Shown here piece after piece: positions 62,637 to 64,000 of a stretch of 64,000 nt of DNA. The notes under the pieces were generated by a model. The model worked only from the letters and a program-made list of their open reading frames with translations. It was not told the DNA's origin and did not search any database. Source of the DNA: a virus; the IMG/VR virus record IMGVR_UViG_3300045988_146774, positions 96,001 through 160,000 of that record; one strand, 5' to 3'. The translations under genes and the position numbers were made by a program. How positions within the stretch are numbered: position 1 is the first letter of the stretch; each line of letters begins with the position of its first letter.

Positions 62637-62662
62637 ACAGATGAAATTTCGATTTCATCTGT
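62637..62662 (-). terminator. Rho-independent terminator after the Nudix gene
   Basis: 11-bp stem ACAGATGAAAT / ATTTCATCTGT with a 4-nt loop. TTTAT follows on the - strand and TTCTATTCTTT on the + strand. Confidence 0.65.
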
Positions 62663-62674
62663 TTCTATTCTTTG

Positions 62675-63250
62675 CTATTCCCCATATATAATTTCCATTA
62701 GCATAAGAGCTGTTTTCATGCATACTTTTTCTTCTTTTAGAATTCTCTTGATCTCATCTTTACCAGCTAATACGACATTAATCTCTTCTGTTAATTCGTT
62801 TTTGCCTGTACTCACCATTCCAGATATTTCTCCACAAATGATAGAACAACTTTCATCCGTCATTCCGGCTGAGGAATAGAATGCTTTGTTAGAAAATTTT
62901 GTCTTCATTGGTACAAAATCCAATCCGGTTTCTTCTTTCATTTCTCTTATTGCTGTTTCATAAATATCTTCTCCATCATCAACAAGACCAGCCGGAAGTT
63001 CATAAAGATAATCTCCAATTGCATATCTGTATTGTTTAATCAATACGACCTTGCAATCTTCTGTAATTCCAACCATAGCCACCGCATCTGGCTTTTCTTC
63101 ATGATTAATTGCTTTCAGATCATCAACCTGCTTTGCCCTAGAAGCCACTAGATATTCTAATGGCTTCCCTTCTTTATTCTCTGCATGTAATTTATAGAGG
63201 TTTAGAAATTTCTCATCTGTCATCTTCTCCACTGCACTAATCTTACCCAT
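62675..63250 (-). CDS. Nudix hydrolase, ADP-ribose pyrophosphatase-like
   Basis: Nudix box GLVDDGEDIYETAIREMKEETG. N-terminal region is like NudF-type ADPRases. Confidence 0.8.
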   Translation of the reverse strand: MGKISAVEKMTDEKFLNLYKLHAENKEGKPLEYLVASRAKQVDDLKAINHEEKPDAVAMVGITEDCKVVLIKQYRYAIGDYLYELPAGLVDDGEDIYETAIREMKEETGLDFVPMKTKFSNKAFYSSAGMTDESCSIICGEISGMVSTGKNELTEEINVVLAGKDEIKRILKEEKVCMKTALMLMEIIYGE

Positions 63251-63253
63251 AAT

Positions 63254-63991
63254 TTATTCTCCTGTGTATTCATAATGTTCCATCGGTTTCAATTTAAAAA
63301 GATTCTTCTCATGCATCTCATCAATCTTTCTCTTTACATTCTGATCATCGATTTCGCCTGTGCGAATATATTTATCAAGAACTTCATATGAAAAACCAAA
63401 ACTTTCCTCGTCTGTCTTGCCACACAATCCATCGATCGGAGTCTTATTTACAAATTCATCTGGAAGACCAAGTTCTTTTGCAACTGCTCTTACTTCTGTT
63501 TTTGTAAGCATTTCAATCGGAGCAAAAGACCCAAATCCATCGCCTCCATATGTTGCGAATCCGATATGATCTTCACTCAGATTACAGTTGCACGTCGGAA
63601 TACCATTACAACACTGTGCATAAAAGAATAATTCTGACATTCTTACTCTTGCCGGTAAATTAATATTCGCCTGTTCTGTTTCTTCAATACCTTGTTTGGT
63701 ATTTTCTTTTCTAAGAGTATCGACTGTATGTCCAATATTAACGATAGAATATCTAATTCCCAAATAATGAACTAAATTTAAGCTAACATTAATATCCGGC
63801 TGAATATGATAAGGCATTAACACTCCTCGCACCCTATCTTCACCAAGAGCTTTTACACATAATGCTGCTACTGTTGACGAATCGATGCCACCAGAAATAC
63901 CGATAACTGCATTCTGATTTCCGCCTAATTCATCAAAATATTTTTTAATCCACTCAACCAATTCTTCTGTAACTTTCTTAACGTCAAACAT
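63254..63991 (-). CDS. nadE: NH3-dependent NAD+ synthetase
   Basis: PP-loop GISGGIDSS. The ATG at 63991 gives MFDVKKVTEELVEWIKKYF. The ORF runs to the window edge, so the start cannot be confirmed. Confidence 0.8.
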   Translation of the reverse strand: MFDVKKVTEELVEWIKKYFDELGGNQNAVIGISGGIDSSTVAALCVKALGEDRVRGVLMPYHIQPDINVSLNLVHYLGIRYSIVNIGHTVDTLRKENTKQGIEETEQANINLPARVRMSELFFYAQCCNGIPTCNCNLSEDHIGFATYGGDGFGSFAPIEMLTKTEVRAVAKELGLPDEFVNKTPIDGLCGKTDEESFGFSYEVLDKYIRTGEIDDQNVKRKIDEMHEKNLFKLKPMEHYEYTGE

Positions 63992-64000
63992 ATTACACAC

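Noticed and set aside
4728-63569. Nearly all + strand ORFs in the track between 4.7 and 63.6 kb (for example 4728-4937, 8248-8511, 21669-21896, 33350-33700, 54686-55081, 56184-56534, 61936-62268).
   Set aside because: They lie antisense inside long - strand genes that carry clear enzyme motifs. Their translations are low-complexity F/I/L/S/C-rich strings typical of shadow ORFs in AT-rich DNA. They have no SD-like sequences.
1-64000. Stop-codon recoding (suppressor tRNAs with recoded late genes).
   Set aside because: All long genes, including the tail and lysis genes, are open in the standard code. The readable anticodons (CAT, TTG, GAA) are sense anticodons.
1-64000. CRISPR arrays, rRNA genes, IS elements or transposases.
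   Set aside because: No regularly spaced direct repeats, no rRNA-like conserved stretches, and no DDE or serine-transposase motifs were seen. The only recombinase is the tyrosine integrase.

Overview
AT-rich (about two-thirds A+T by eye) 64-kb stretch of a large temperate tailed phage or prophage of a low-GC Firmicutes/Clostridia-type host. No rRNA, CRISPR array or transposase was seen. Positions 1-3698 (+ strand) are the end of the late region: the C-terminus of a tail/host-recognition protein, a tail-fibre-associated protein, a polytopic membrane protein and an amidase endolysin. A tyrosine integrase (3756-5087, - strand) converges on the endolysin. From about 5.4 kb to the window end there is one long leftward (- strand) early/middle region of more than 110 tightly packed, often overlapping genes. 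It includes: nucleotide metabolism (dUTPase, NrdD/NrdG, guanylate-kinase-like, ThyX-like, FolD, deoxyribosyltransferase-like); NAD-dependent DNA ligase; an SPbeta YorF-YorL-like replisome (RecD-like helicase, DnaE-type Pol III alpha, DHH/RecJ-like exonuclease, primase, DnaB helicase, AAA_24 ATPase, SSB); five tRNA or tRNA-like genes followed by about 0.6 kb of ORF-free DNA; an RNA-repair pair (RNA ligase plus P-loop kinase/HD); two C5 DNA methyltransferases; two radical SAM enzymes; two DUF2829 (Tad2-family) proteins; an SPFH protein; Nudix plus NadE; and many small orphan and zinc-ribbon proteins. Main points for follow-up: (1) a G+C-enriched, hairpin-dense 337-nt ORF-free region (16567-16903) that looks like a structured RNA; (2) tRNA genes with abnormal anticodon arms or loops, a few kb from the RNA-repair genes; (3) a radical SAM gene followed by three tandem paralogues sharing an invariant N-terminal ETNSSSxH motif, next to a Nudix/NadE NAD module; (4) terminator-plus-palindromic-promoter modules that recur three times; (5) a methyltransferase whose ATG start is separated from the gene body by a 1-nt frame offset in an A5 run. 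All functional calls come from motifs read by eye in the translations. No database search was run.
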